Assembly: GCA_030141605.1 (NCBI GenBank)
Contig: JAQGDQ010000023.1
Coordinates: 372,001-436,000, forward strand
Reading direction: 5' to 3'
DNA from: Tubiluchus corallicola
Taxonomy: Eukaryota > Animalia > Priapulida
Length of the DNA: 64,000 nt
Shown: one piece after another, positions 51,101 to 64,000 of the stretch
How positions within the stretch are numbered: the stretch's first letter is position 1
Layout: every line of letters begins with the position of its first letter
Position numbers and translations under genes: made by a program
Notes under the pieces: generated by a model
What the model saw: only the letters and a program-made list of their open reading frames with translations
Told to the model about the DNA's origin: nothing
Database searches by the model: none

Positions 51101-54100
51101 GCTGTAGGTTCAAATTTCTTTTCATTGGTGCATGAATATAACTAAACTTAGTGTTAACATCTATATTTTGTAATGGTGAGGGAATATTGGAAGGGGTAGA
51201 ATGTAGATGATGCATCAAAAGATTCCAGACGTCCTTGATTATGATCTAGATTCAGGTCCTAAGAGAGTAGACTTATGCATTATGTAGACTTTGTTGGCTG
51301 AGTAGTCATGGTGTGTGCTTAGTAACCGAAGTTAAGCAGCATCAAGCTTAGCACCGCTTAAGTTCGGTAAATCGATAAGCGACCTCTGGAAGACTGTTCT
51401 TGTAGAGTTACGTTTTTTATACTGTTCTTAGCTATTTACCTCATTGAGGTAGGACATTTACACATTGAAACCTGGCTGAAATTATTCTTCATATTGAGCT
51501 ATAGGTGCTAGATTTTTCACAACCACCTTCATTTACTAAGCTTTGCCATTGAATAGTGGTACCTAGTTTGAAAAGTGCTCCTAGTAATTAAAATTAAGCA
51601 ATGCCAAGCTAAGTAAGTAAATACGTCGAATACAAGTATTCAAATGTGGTTAGGATTTCATGATAGTGAGCTAGATTCCAGTCCTGTCGCATTCACTTTT
51701 AAGTAGACCAGTTTTATCGCTGTGCACAGGATAGCGACTTGCAGACTGTACAAAAACATCTGAACTAGCCATTTAGTTTTCTTTGTTAAGGGTTTTGTAA
51801 CCAAAACTATCAACAAAATCGATAAAAAGCTGCAGTATCGTCGCACTAGTGTTTGCCTCCATTGCATGTGAATAATGTATTACAGGTGCATGCTGTTTCA
51901 TTTGCTGACACTGACACACTGTTAACTCTAGCCATACAACTACAGTTGGTTTGGGTTTGAAAATATGTTTGCCATAATGACTTATGAGTTTTGTCCACCT
52001 TGATTTGTCTAACTTTTCAAATATTTTATCCAAAGCGGTAAATTGTTTAAAGTTATTATTAGCATCTATTTATTATTTTTTGTGCAATACCACTTACCAA
52101 AAAATGCCCTTGATTCAACTGCAGTTGGTGTGTTCCTGGAGCAAAGCACATATGCATGTTTATGTTCAAGCATGCATTACATAGTCATGTGTGTTTAGAT
52201 AATTATATGTAAAATATTGTGCATAAAAATAACTACATGTAGTAGAAGTGCAAACAAAAACTGGCAAGGTCGGTAGTTGCAAAAGACTTACCTGCATTTT
52301 TGTTGATTGCATTACTGAGTTTTGTATTTCATTATTTACCATCTATCTTTACATTTACATGTAAAATTGCAACTTGGTACTTTTACATCTCAGCAAGTAA
52401 ATTCCCTTTCTCCATCTCAATTCTAAATGCTATTAGGTCACAGGATGAGACGAATACTGGAATGCATCTCCCTTTATCCCCATACTCCCTTGACAGCAAA
52501 TTACCGTTTCTGTTGTTGCAAAAGCAATGCCTTTACTGGCTTAGGCTTCTTAATCATGTTCAGAACTATTGATTAAATATCTTATTACACCTGTGTCAGC
52601 TTGTGTCTGCTTTAGGTTATTCATGATTACCATGTTTACATATTATATCATTATGGCCCTGTGTAAGCTCATAAATGAATCTTGGATGATGGCTACTTTG
52701 AATAACAAGAATCCATCAACATGTTTACGAAACTGTATGTGCTCTATGGTTAGAAGTACCGCTATCCTCGCTTCTATTACAGAACCAAGCTTATATTACC
52801 TGCACGGAAATTGTTCAAGCAGAAAAGTCGGCAAGATTTTGTTAAGTCGATTTTTTAAAGCTGCACATTTGTTTCAAAATTGCAGAATTAGTTAATAATT
52901 ACAAATTTTATTTTTCTGCCAAATTTAGTCCATCTGGTACCTATGAATTGGAAGATATCGAACGAGATGAAGAAGACAATACATTAGCAAAGGGAATGTT
53001 GCTGAGTATAGCATACGGGGCTGCCGTAGGAGGTACCGCAACCCTGACAGGGACACCGCCTAATCTTGTGCTCAGTGGTCTTTTAGAATCGTAAGTATTT
53101 GATGAGAGAGTTAGTAACATTTTGCTGTATCTTTACTCTGTATTCTTCAAATCGTTTTTCAAAATACATACTATGCAAGGGTACTTTAAAAAGTTCCAGG
53201 GCCTTGCTCATAAGTAAGGAGCATAAGGCCTTTGTCACACAGCTGGACATCATCCGTAAGCCGTGAGGAAAAAAGCTGCCTCATGAAAAATGAACGTATT
53301 CTAATCAATGGTTTTCTGTCTCACAGATAATCCATTTGTCATCTCTTGCCTACCACGGTTTGACTACCGTCAGCCCTCAGCCATAATCCACGGTAGGCTC
53401 CTTACAAGCTGTTTTGAGTGGTTTGTGAGGCGCCTCATTGCGAAATGAATTTGGCCATTAATTTTATTTGCTGTAAGGAATTTTGGGTCATCACTAATGT
53501 AATTAGAGTATTTTTAGGTTTTTACAGTTTGCAATTCATTTATATTATAAGAAATCATAACAGAGTGGTCTCATAAACATTACAAATCAATTTTAAGAAC
53601 GACATTTCACTAATATTGTAATTAGATACATGCATTGCCGAAATATATTATGTCCGAGCGCCTTACTATTTGAACAGACTAAGGAGCATACTGCATATTG
53701 TGATATATGCCTTATGGAAAACACCTTATGGATTACAGATTATGGCTTGCTGCACATGTTTTTTTAATATGTGACACGAGCCTAACTCCCATTTTGGACC
53801 ATAATTGCATACTATAAACCCTTATATCGCTGTCCACAAACTGACTACTCCAAAGACAGTGCACCTGTTCACACAGCTTAGGTGGTAGTGGCAACCAAAT
53901 GTTGTTCTGAACTGTTGCAACGTGCACCTTCCTCATGGATTTGGTCTGATCTAACTTCGACACGTTTCACTGAAATCCCAATAATCCCATTTGCATGCCC
54001 CCATTTCCAGAATGATTCTCATGCGTATCTGGAGCCTGGAAATATGGCTTTTGAAAATTGAACACCAGCAGACCAAATGAAAGTTGACTCGTTGAAGTTA

Positions 54101-56347
54101 AAAAAGAGGGACTAATTTATAAATATAATATGAGAAAAACCTTTCTTCTGTGATGTTTTCTGGCTGAGTCTGAGCATGAGTGCCCTCATAAATGCTGTGA
54201 ACTAGTGTAATTCTTGTAAAGATGAGATTTGTTTTAAATTTTAGTTATTACGGACAAGAAGCCGGAGTGAATTTTGCTAGCTGGTTTTCTTACGCTGCTC
54301 CAGGAGCTTTTATCATGCTCTTTATTCTCTGGGTTTGGCTGCAACTGGTTTTCCTGGGATGGAGGTAAATACAAATTTGTTTATGTAGATAAGTATGACT
54401 AAATGGATTAAATAGAATAAAATGTGTAAACTTGTAAAGTAAAGTAAAATACACGAGCTTTACTGCTATTTAGAAAAGATCTAGAGACAATTTTTATTAT
54501 TGTTTTTATGCTTGTGTCATTTCGGGTATTTCTATCCTGCTTTGTTTTTATAGTGTTGTATCTTAATAAGCTGCCAAGTGTAAATAATAGGTAAGGAAAG
54601 TTAACGAGTGTACCATATTTGTACAGAAGAAACACTATAGTAGAAATATGCTGATTTGCTGAAGAGTGCTGGTCAAATTGTAAAGAAATGTTACCATGGA
54701 CTTCTACGTTATGACATAAAAGTAGTAAGACAAATACATTTGCGTAGTTCTAATTTTTTCTACCATATAACTTGGTTCTTGTACATTGCAATAATATAAT
54801 CATATCAGTATATTTCTGCTGCACATTTCTTCTGGAACAAACTGTACTTGTGAAAATTTGTTTGCAAGCATTTTTATTGGCATTTGTTGAAGATATATTA
54901 TGCAAATTATAATTATATGTGGAATTTTACAGAGCCCTATGTGGATGTTTCATTCCTGGCAGAGACTCGTCAGATCCGTCTGTGGAGAGGGTAATTAGAG
55001 ATCAATACAGGCGCATGGGACGCATGACGTATGTTATCATGTCTATCTACGTACAATATTTATTTAACAAAGATTTGTGCCCAATCTTCTGAAACAATTT
55101 TGCAGTTACTGGTCACATTGCAAGAGGTAGTCGTGTAGGAATTGCCAAGGGCTCAAAATTTGTTTAGCTATGAATAATACTGTTTACGCGCACGTTATGA
55201 AGTTATTACAACTGCAGTGACTTAACGTTGTGTGCTTAGTAGTTCAGCAACAGCAGGTTGTGTGATTTGTATATTGTGGGTGCCAGCCAGGAGAACTCCT
55301 TATATCATCTGCCATATTGCTTTAAGCTATTTTCCTTGCTGATAGTTGTATATGTATATACATTCCGATCATAATATCGGATCTGTTAGTATTAAGTCAT
55401 TAAGTCATTTTAAGTATCTGTTAATAGTATAAGTTAAGTCATTAAGTCATCTGTTAGTATCTGAAGTTACTATCTCATCTTGGAGACTTAATCCTTGCTA
55501 ATAGCAAATTTTTAGTTCAGTCAGAGAACCATCTAATGTTTTTTTGTGGAAACCACGATTATCAGTTGAGAATGTAAGCTGTGTACGCTGATAAATGTAA
55601 CAGCAAAAAATGCAGCATTGAGCTTTTGGCATACCAGTGTGACACTCACTAAAATCATTAAAAATGTGGGCCTCACATGCTAAATTCATGCCTGAAATTA
55701 TGTAACATTGCATCTTATTGTACACAAAGAAGGTTTCATGTGCAAATTTTATTTTTAGGTTTGCAGAATGTGAAGTTCTCGCTTGCTTCCTGTTGTTAGT
55801 CCTGCTTTGGTTTTCCCGTGATCCAAAGTTCATTTCGGGGTGGGGTGCCTTTTTCAAGTATGGCGGTGAATCCTCAATGGCATCTGATGCTACTGCTGCT
55901 CTGGTGGTGGGCTTCTTACTCTTTCTGTTACCTGCAGAACCGCCGCGATGCTTGTGGCGCATTTGGACTCCTACCAATCCAGGTAGATATAAACACTGAT
56001 ATTAATAATATTAAAACATTCATATCTAAGAAAGCTAGGGAGCTTACATGGGCTCAAAGCATCACTCTTTCATTTGTTCAATATGTTTTAAATGACTTAA
56101 GCAGAAATGATTTTCCCTTTATAGACAATCGGCAGTTAAGTGATATATTCTACAACATTTTTGTTGCTAATAATTTGTGATTCTGTAACATAAAATCAAG
56201 TCATTATTGCATAATGTATGTAGCTTTTTAGCACTTTGTATTTACGTAAAAATGTGAGGCTTTTTAACTATTAACTGACATGTTTTTTGGTTATTTATTT
56301 ATGTAACTAACTCAATGAGTGTATTGTATTACAATATTTCGAAACAG

Positions 56348-56378
<31 letters not shown>

Positions 56379-59031
56379 TGTTTTTTTCATCATACAATGA
56401 TAGCTCGAGAACGAAATTAATTCGTTCCGGAGGTGCTTTTGCATCTTAGAATTTTCGTATTATGAGACAAGATTTACCATATAAACGGCGTAATTCGTTC
56501 CAGCCCCCCGAAAACAGTCGTATAAAGTGTAAATATTGTACCCACCTGAAAAGTTTGTTAATGACCGATCGTCGAAGGGTTACGCTCATACTCCCCTGCG
56601 ATAGCACTTAAACGGATATCACTTTCATATTTTTTGGGTCCATGGTTATGCGTTCGCGTGAGATAAGATCACATAATTCTACGAAATGCATTCTGAGAGG
56701 ACCGCTGTCGGGCGGCACTTTCGATTTTCGTTTTTGTATCTTGAATATTTTTCCGTTAAATGGGACGGAAATTTTTTCTTGGCCCGATTTGTATTCCGAA
56801 TTTTCATATAATAGGGTTTTTGTAAGTCGAGCTTCCACTGTAGTACTTTTTTAAATCTTTGTTGAGGTGATGCTTTGAATTACCCAGCTGGTTGTCTTTT
56901 ACAGAATCTAGAGAGCCACTGTTAGACTGGCACACTGTCCAGCACAAGATGCCGTGGGGTATAGTCTTCCTGTTGGGTGGTGGCTTTGCTCTTGCCAAGG
57001 GTGTAGAGGTAAGTGTATATGCTGCATGTCCTGTTTTTAGACTCTTAGCAGATAATGTCATGTTTTTAGCATTCTAGGCAGTGGCGTACCAAGTGCTTGT
57101 GGCGCCGGGAACAAAAAACCTCTGGAGCCCTACATCTTTAATGTTTTTATCATTTGTTTCGTGGGTGAAGCCACAGACTATGTGAGTTTTTGCGTCCCTG
57201 GGGGCGGCTTTTCTTTTTCAACTTGACGGGATAAAGGTAAACAAAATTTTTTTCTAAGAATCGTCCTGAGTTTGATTTGCGGTACTGCGTCAGAAATGCA
57301 CTTCTTTGTATTAGTTGCTCGTAATAAGACAGTCCTTATTCTTAAATATTCAGCTCCAGCATTAAGACATGCAAAGATAATGAAATATAAGGATACCAAA
57401 TACTACAGGTTTTCACAGTAATACAACTGGCATTTAGAGAGTGACGCTACTGTTTTTCCCAAAATTATCAGACTGCTAAGCCCCGTGCACCACCCTACAC
57501 ACGCTGTTAAGTAACAACATTGGCTTTCTTTCTAAACTGTACGTAGTAAATAAATCAGCTATGATCATTTCTGACTATGCTGTTTTGCTATGATTTGAAA
57601 ACTTTTATTAATTGCTAATGTCTGATTAGTAATTAATCATTAATAGTCATTAGAAGAGAATTCTGCACCCTTTTACTCTTGCACCTGGAGACGATTGCCC
57701 CTTGTCGCCCCCCCTGCTACTCGCCTCTAGTCCTAGGTAATAGTAGTTATTACCGTAATTACTAAATTTTGTTGGCAAGCTACAGAAAGGGACTGGTTTG
57801 ATCACCTGGGAATATGGTGACCTAGTGGTCAAGGCATCTGCCTTGTAAGCAGAAGACCCCTGGTTCAAATTCGTGGTGTATTCCAACTTTTTCATGATTT
57901 TGTAAAAAAATCTTTTCAAGTTTGATTATCAAAAATTTAATTAGTGTGGGTTTGTGTAATTATTAATAATATTAATAATGCCGACATTATGATTAACAAG
58001 CAATTTAATATAAAACTGTGTCTTATTTCATCGTGTATTTCTAGCTAGTTCTCGTTTTAACATTCAGAATTGATCAGTGATAGTCATTGTTTACAGTTAT
58101 CTGGCTTGGCTACCTACATTAGTTCTCATCTGACGAGTCTCAGCTCGTTACCCGTCTGGGTCATCGTGCTCATCTGCTGCGTAATGACTGGCTGTATGAC
58201 GGAGGTTGTCAGCAACACGGCAACGGCTAACATAGTTCTTTCTCTGCTTCCAGAATTGGTATATTTACTATATTAATTTGACTAATTGCTGTTTTGCAGT
58301 ATATTGTTTTTAAGCTTAAATTTGTTATGACTGTCGAGAAATTTGATACCGGTAATAGTTAAACTCGCTTCATCTGAATGCACACTAAATGCTTTTGGTA
58401 TAAAAGCATTAAATGGCTTTAAGTATAAGAGTAAAGTACGACTAAAAATCAAAGTCATTAACTGTTAGAAATCAACGACAGTCGTAAAAATGTAAGTGAT
58501 TTCCTGTGTTACTAAATTATTCATCACCTGATTTTTTACAGGCGAATGTAATGCAGGTCAGTCCATTATTGCTCATGTTTCCAGTCACAATAACAGCATC
58601 ATTTGCTTTTACTCTACCCGTAGCTACTCCACCGAATGCAATTGTTTTTGCCACGGGCGAACTACGTGTGATAGACATGGTAAGCAACTGTTGATTACAT
58701 AAATAAATCAAAGCAATCTAGTAGATTCAGTGAGTTTCATTAAGTGTTCCAATTCAGATGTGCAGTTACGAAACCCTGTCATTCTTACTTCATACGTGGA
58801 TGCTTTGACTTCTTCGGGAGAAAAAAATTAATTGTGATTAAAAGTGATTCTTCTATCGTAAGAACATCTCTGTTTTCAAATATGCTTTGCTCATTGCAGG
58901 TAAAAACTGGCCTATTCATGGATCTTATTGGAATCATGCTAGCCATGACATTTGCTAATACCTATGGTTACTATGTGTTCAATTTCAATCAAGTGCCATC
59001 ATGGGCATCTCCTACTGTACCAACGACGTGA
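39119..59031 (+). CDS. SLC13 (DASS family) Na+/di- or tricarboxylate cotransporter, INDY/NaCT/NaDC-like; 14 coding exons, ~781 aa (703 aa without exon 6)
   Basis: Exons 39119-39250 (GC donor), 43956-44105, 45676-45791, 48985-49148, 49921-50332, 50870-51103 (probable cassette), 52929-53090, 54245-54364, 54933-55028, 55759-55982, 56905-57008, 58097-58258, 58542-58679 and 58900-59031; phases are consistent throughout. Motifs [76 protein letters not shown] and [17 protein letters not shown] and ATPPN match carboxylate rather than sulfate carriers. Confidence 0.93.
44103..44382 (+). repeat. Minisatellite, 8 x 35 bp; each unit contains the SLC13 exon-2 5' splice site
   Basis: Unit AAAGTAAGTTCGTGRCTGATATATCAGAAGTTATT starts at 44103, 44138, 44173, 44208, 44243, 44278, 44313 and 44348, with no spacers. 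Confidence 0.95.
49953..50132 (+). repeat. Coding tandem repeat, 5 x 36 bp (12 aa, RPRGDT[V/I]TSWTG), in SLC13 exon 5
   Basis: Units start at 49953 (degenerate [12 protein letters not shown]), 49989, 50025, 50061 and 50097, in frame with the spliced CDS. Confidence 0.9.
56348..56375. repeat. (TA)n microsatellite
   Basis: Dinucleotide TA run. Confidence 0.9.
56395..56840. mobile_element. Tc1/mariner (pogo/Tigger-like) MITE in an SLC13 intron
   Basis: TA-flanked ends CAATGATAGCTCGAG...AATTCGTTCCGG and TAAGTCGAGCTTCCACTG|TA, resembling Tigger-type CAGTGG..CTCG termini. Confidence 0.55.
57079..57729. mobile_element. hAT (Tip100-like) MITE in an SLC13 intron
   Basis: Left end CAGTGGCGTAC, right end GCCCCCCCTGCTACTCGCCTCTA; flanking 8-mers ATTCTAGG and GTCCTAGG resemble a decayed TSD. 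Confidence 0.45.
57809..57885 (+). pseudogene. tRNA-Thr(TGT)-like sequence (pseudo-tRNA or SINE head)
   Basis: Terminal stem GGAATAT/GTATTCC+A, D-loop-like CCTAGTGGTCAAGG, perfect anticodon arm TCTGC-CTTGTAA-GCAGA, GGTTCAAAT B box with an irregular T stem, and a T-run just downstream. Confidence 0.5.
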
Positions 59032-62000
59032 AAAGCTCGCCGTTTATGTTTATACAAGATCAAACAGCTCAATGTGATACTGGTAAACAAACATTAGCTT
59101 GTAGTGCTGCATTGTGTCAAAATACTTTGTGATAATACTGGGCCTTTTCGCATCTCTATTAAAAAGTGCGAGGAAGAAGAATACGTCTGTGAATTTGGTA
59201 GCACCAGCTAGAAATTACATTGTCTGTTAAGTGTGATATAAAGCAATGCAATTAGTTGTAATGATACAAAATATTACAGCATTCAGGTAATGTTTATTCA
59301 TTGAAGTGCACAAGATATTCAGTCTATTTTTGTGCATTAGTGAACTGGTATGCATCGTTTCATGTGGTAGTATGTACTATACATTTAGTACAATACCTAG
59401 TTACACAATGTGTATTTAAATACAGTATGCGATTATGCGAATACAGTAACCTCTCATAAATGTTCAAGATACCATAATAACAGTATATCATCTATGATGG
59501 TGATATTGTCGCTAGAGTTTGTGAGTAGGTTTGACAAGTTCTGTGATTATGTTTGAGTAATACAAACTATAGTTCAGAAGTGCAACATGACATAACGTTA
59601 AAATTTTTGCAGCACATGCTCTTCTGTAGCATAATTGAAAGTTAATTCTATAGTTTAATGTTGGGCGGAAGGTCCTATTGATAACTATGTGAAAATAACG
59701 TCTACTGATTTACATATGCATGAATTAGTTTACAAGTTCTTTAATCATGCTAACTGGTGAAATGTTAGGGGGGGATATTACCACTTGTAAATATGTGGAG
59801 ATCTGACACGGGCCAAGCCAATAGTTTATTTATATGCTGCACATAGGATGTAATAAAAATAATAACTGAGTGTAGTTATCAAAGAAATTGTGAAGATGAA
59901 ATAAAGCTGATGAATAGAGTCCAAGTTGTCAAAAACATGACGCAACTAGCATGTTGTGTGCGGGGAATTTCCTGTTCTTAGTTTTCTGATGTCGTGGACA
60001 AGAAATCAGAAATGCAAAATGCAGAAAACGTTTTCAATCATTCCTTTGCACATGTTTTGATAGATGGTTGAACACATAATGCATTGTGTAAAAATGTCTA
60101 AGCATTTGATTTGGAAAATAACAGCATATTGTTAGGTGCAGTAACTGTTCATTCATAGGATCTTAGAAGGAAAATAATCCTGTTTGCAATTACGTCATTG
60201 TCAGTTATCATCATGTTTATTAGTTTCTTTCATTGTTTGTTACTTTGTTGTTTCATGAGATTCTGGTTTGGAGATTAGTCTTTTATGAGCTAAGTTGCTG
60301 GTGCTTTTTTATACATTAGTATACCAAAGCGATTAATTTTACTTTTTAAGGCTTAGGGAGTTGTGTTGCTATCTCAGGGAATTGGTATTTGTGCTGCATT
60401 TTAATTTTATGTTAATTAATTTGCAAAGCTTTCTCTCATTGTTTTGTTATGTATATCACTTCCGCACTATAAATCTCACATTTATAATCTCACTTTATTT
60501 GGGTTTATGTTTATTATGAGTTTATTGTTAAATTTTCTTTTTAGAATTTGTGGTGTGATTTGGAATTAAACTTTTTATTTAGTGTTGTAAAGGTCACTGT
60601 TATAACTTGGGTTTATAGCCAAGTGAGATGTCTCATGTATATGAACTTACGTGTGGCTGCATTGTTCGGCAAATCGAATCTTTTGATCTGATTATATAAA
60701 TTTCAAATGTAGTAAATTGGTCACGGCAAAGTTATAGAATGAAGTTCGTTATTTTGTTGTTTTATTAATAAAATTAGTTTTTATGTCATTGTGGTAATAA
60801 AACATGTCACTGTGTTTTGTGACTAGTGATATGCTGTGCTTGGCAAAACAGTAGGTGTGTTGCTTTTTGCTAATTAGGACAAAAATATTGAGCCCCATGC
60901 AAAGATGTCATTTGACAGTTCCATAATTTGCTTGTGTAACGTCAGGTCTATTCAACTTTCCCGAAACTGTAAATTTTCCGTTCAGAATGAATACACTATA
61001 CAAGTATTTCTAGACATCTTGAGCGAGTGTTGTGTAATTCCAGGTTCTTCCTTGCATGGAATTCTGCACAACTCCTTCTTTAAGTGCCAACGGCTTTGCA
61101 TGGGGCAGTTTGTATAAAATAATTTGCCTTTATCATTTAGTATAATGTTATATATTGTACATCGCTGCCAGGTTCATCTAAACAAACAAAGTCCTGAAAG
61201 AAATCTGCTTCAGGACCAGTAAAAATAGCACTTTTATTCAACAAACACTAGAGACTGCTGTGACAGTGAAAGCCTTTCTAAATATGAGGGGACTGCTAAC
61301 AGGTTGTCCGGGAAGTTGCAGGTAACAATCAGATATGTTATGTAATTTTCTACAGGTTCCTACAGTAAGTAGCACAGGAACCATGTTTTTGGATTGAGCA
61401 TAATTGTAATAAATGTTTTGTAAATATTAATAAGATATAGTAAATGTAGGTGTAAAAGATATACAAGATTACTTCCGGTGTATGCCATTTTTGGTGTAAA
61501 TTGTGGCATAGTTTATTTTGTACTTATTTTGTGATTTTGTAATATTAGAATGCTTACATTGCTGGCTGTAATATTATTAATATGTTTGGAATAAAGTAAT
61601 TAGGACACAATCGAGACGGCTTAGTGTTTTAAATGCAGCATGCTTTAATATGACTAAACAGCGGATACAAAAACATAACTAAGCAACTCTACTGGCTGCT
61701 ACAGTAAATGACAGTGGTTTTGTAGCCATGAGCATCTGGTGTATAGTATCAATGCAGGTGTAGTCCTCGTTGTTGTTTATTTTGTTTTTCACTTCCTCTG
61801 AGCTTATTGCCATTATCAGATGGTAGAGATCACTGTAGTACTGCAGAGTAAAAAATACAGCAATTATTTATGATTCTATAATATTGAAAACGTATAACAA
61901 CAGTCACAGAAAAATGTTCTTCCAGATTTGAGTTACTAAATAAAGCAGCAGGGATAGTTTCATTAACAGTTTTAACAACCAAGACATTTGTTCATAAAAA

Positions 62001-64000
62001 CTTAAAACCATATGATTATGGTTATTTTACATTCCAGAGCTTTGAATCACGAAAGCTTCAGTTAGGCATGAGACATGGTGTGCTTTTTTTTGGAGAGTAA
62101 CCATAGTTTCACGAACTGCTAAACACATTTTATATGGGTGGAGCTTAATTACACACACTGTTAATGAAATACACGAATGATGAGTCATAAGAGAATTTAG
62201 CCTAGTGAATTACAGTCAAATGAATTTAAAAGCTTCATCACAATAATCTGCAGCTTTTAGATAGTTGCTGAATTTTGTTCAGTGTTCGTATAACTGAAGT
62301 TTTGGACAATGCGGTATTGCCGTTGTAAGACATAAAGAATCCTTCACATCTTGTAATACAGCATGACCTTGTTAGAAAATTATATTTTTCATTACATGGC
62401 ATATAAGTAAAAGTTACCAAAATGCTCTAATTTAGAAGTAATAAATGAATTTAAAACTGAAATGAAATTTACTCACATCATAAAAAAGTGTTTAGCAAAT
62501 AACCTGATATGACCAGTCGAGAACAAATAAAATAAAATCACGTCAAATTGTATTCTCTTTAAATTCATGCTTTGGTTCCTTGCTTTTTTTAAAATTATCA
62601 AAGTTGCCAAAAAGTGCTCCTTAGACAGAAAGTAAAAGAACTTATACTGCTGCATTCAAGCAGAGATCAAGGCTAGCAGTTTTGGCTTCTACAGTTTGAA
62701 ACTTACTGGATGTTCAGTATTCTGTTCCTCACTGAATTCAGTGGCATCTTCCTTTATTTGAAGTTTAACAGCTCGTTTGCATGAAAATGATATCAAGCAC
62801 CAATCAGTCTGTTAAGAAACAAAATAAACATAATTAGATGGACTTGTCTTAAATTAATTTTAAAATTGTTTGATGGCAGTTCAACTGTCAGTATTAAGAA
62901 TTATAATTACCTATGTGAGTTTGGACTAAGTGATCTGAACTTTACAAAATCTCAAAATTTCACATATTAGCTGTTTCACACAATAAAATTAAATAAGCCA
63001 GAATTGTCATCCAACTTTGGTATTACTAAAAAAATTTACTTGTTTATAAATCTATAAAACAGTTGTTGTATGTTATTCGATCATTAAATGCACTAGGTGC
63101 TAGGGTTGCCACCAAACTGGATTTCACCATGAGTATCTTGAAATTCAGACACAGATCCGTAATTCGATTAGACTCTTGAAAAGTTCTGAAACCTCTGGAT
63201 TTCGACCAATGCATTGCAATTTAAGTAAAAAATACCTAAATACAGCTTTAACGCTATTGAAACTACATAAAGTTAATTGCTAAAGCCAGCAGAATCTCTG
63301 TTAAGATACTAAATTAAGTTTAATCTGATGAAAGCTTCATCTTTTCACCTATTTATATTTTTTGCCAATTTTTGCCGCAGCAGCAAGTGTAATACAAGTA
63401 GGTTCACTTTGCTTGAGTCAAATTGTGAACGCATAATTTACATGTACCAATAACTGAAATTGGAAGTGGTGCTGATTGAAGACAATGGCAATACCTAGAT
63501 TTTCCTGGATTACTGCTGTTTTTATGTCTTAAAGGCAGATTTCTTTTACAATTCTCTCTGCTCAAAGTCTGTAATGGACGTAATGAGTACATGATGATGA
63601 TGAATAAGAGAAAAGACACGGAGAGGAGATTTAGCTTTGATCGTGTAATATAAAGTTCCTAATAATTCGATCGCTACGAATTATATACAAAAAAATCTCA
63701 TAAAATGCAAGAAATCTATTAAGACTGAGAAGGAACTCCAGATATGCTCTGTGTTCCTTGTACTTTTGTAAGTTTAATTTACACTTTTAAGGTTTTTGTT
63801 AGAGTCTAAAGTCAAGAAATTTGTATTACTATGTAAATTAAATTTCTCAATTTTTGTTTCTGAAAAAGGCCTCCTAATTCGTCTGAAATACAGGAAATAC
63901 AGCACTCCCCCAGACAGACCCTCTACTGCTGCTGAACTCCTGAGTTTGGATGAACTCAAATGATGAAGCGGCAACCCTACAGCATAACAGTGATTGTAAA

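Noticed and set aside
51294-51405. 5S rRNA gene
   Set aside because: Only a short stretch (CCGAAGTTAAGCAG) resembles 5S; at most a decayed SINE fragment.

Overview
AT-rich, intron-containing animal genomic DNA, most likely an invertebrate; the species cannot be identified from the sequence. It is not prokaryotic and has no CRISPR array. Hand splicing gives five genes. (1) An uninterrupted ORF of at least 2.8 kb encoding the laminin alpha-type LG1-LG5 region (+, open at the window start). (2) The first seven coding exons of ZPR1 (-); its next exon is not in the window, so the laminin ORF appears to be nested antisense in a ZPR1 intron. (3) A two-exon YitH/HolE-like GNAT acetyltransferase (+). 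(4) A six-exon CCDC92-like gene (-). (5) A 14-exon SLC13/INDY-like Na+/carboxylate cotransporter (+). The SLC13 gene has the most unusual features: a cytoplasmic-loop exon with tandem 12-aa repeats, each carrying an RxRxxT (Akt/SGK-type) motif and diverging mainly at synonymous sites; an 8-copy 35-bp tandem array of its own exon-2 splice donor; a GC-AG first coding intron; and a probable cassette exon. Introns and intergenic DNA hold MITEs, LINE and LTR remnants, tRNA-derived sequences, microsatellites and a ~750-bp foldback containing a degenerate hammerhead-like motif. All calls come from manual reading; no searches were run.
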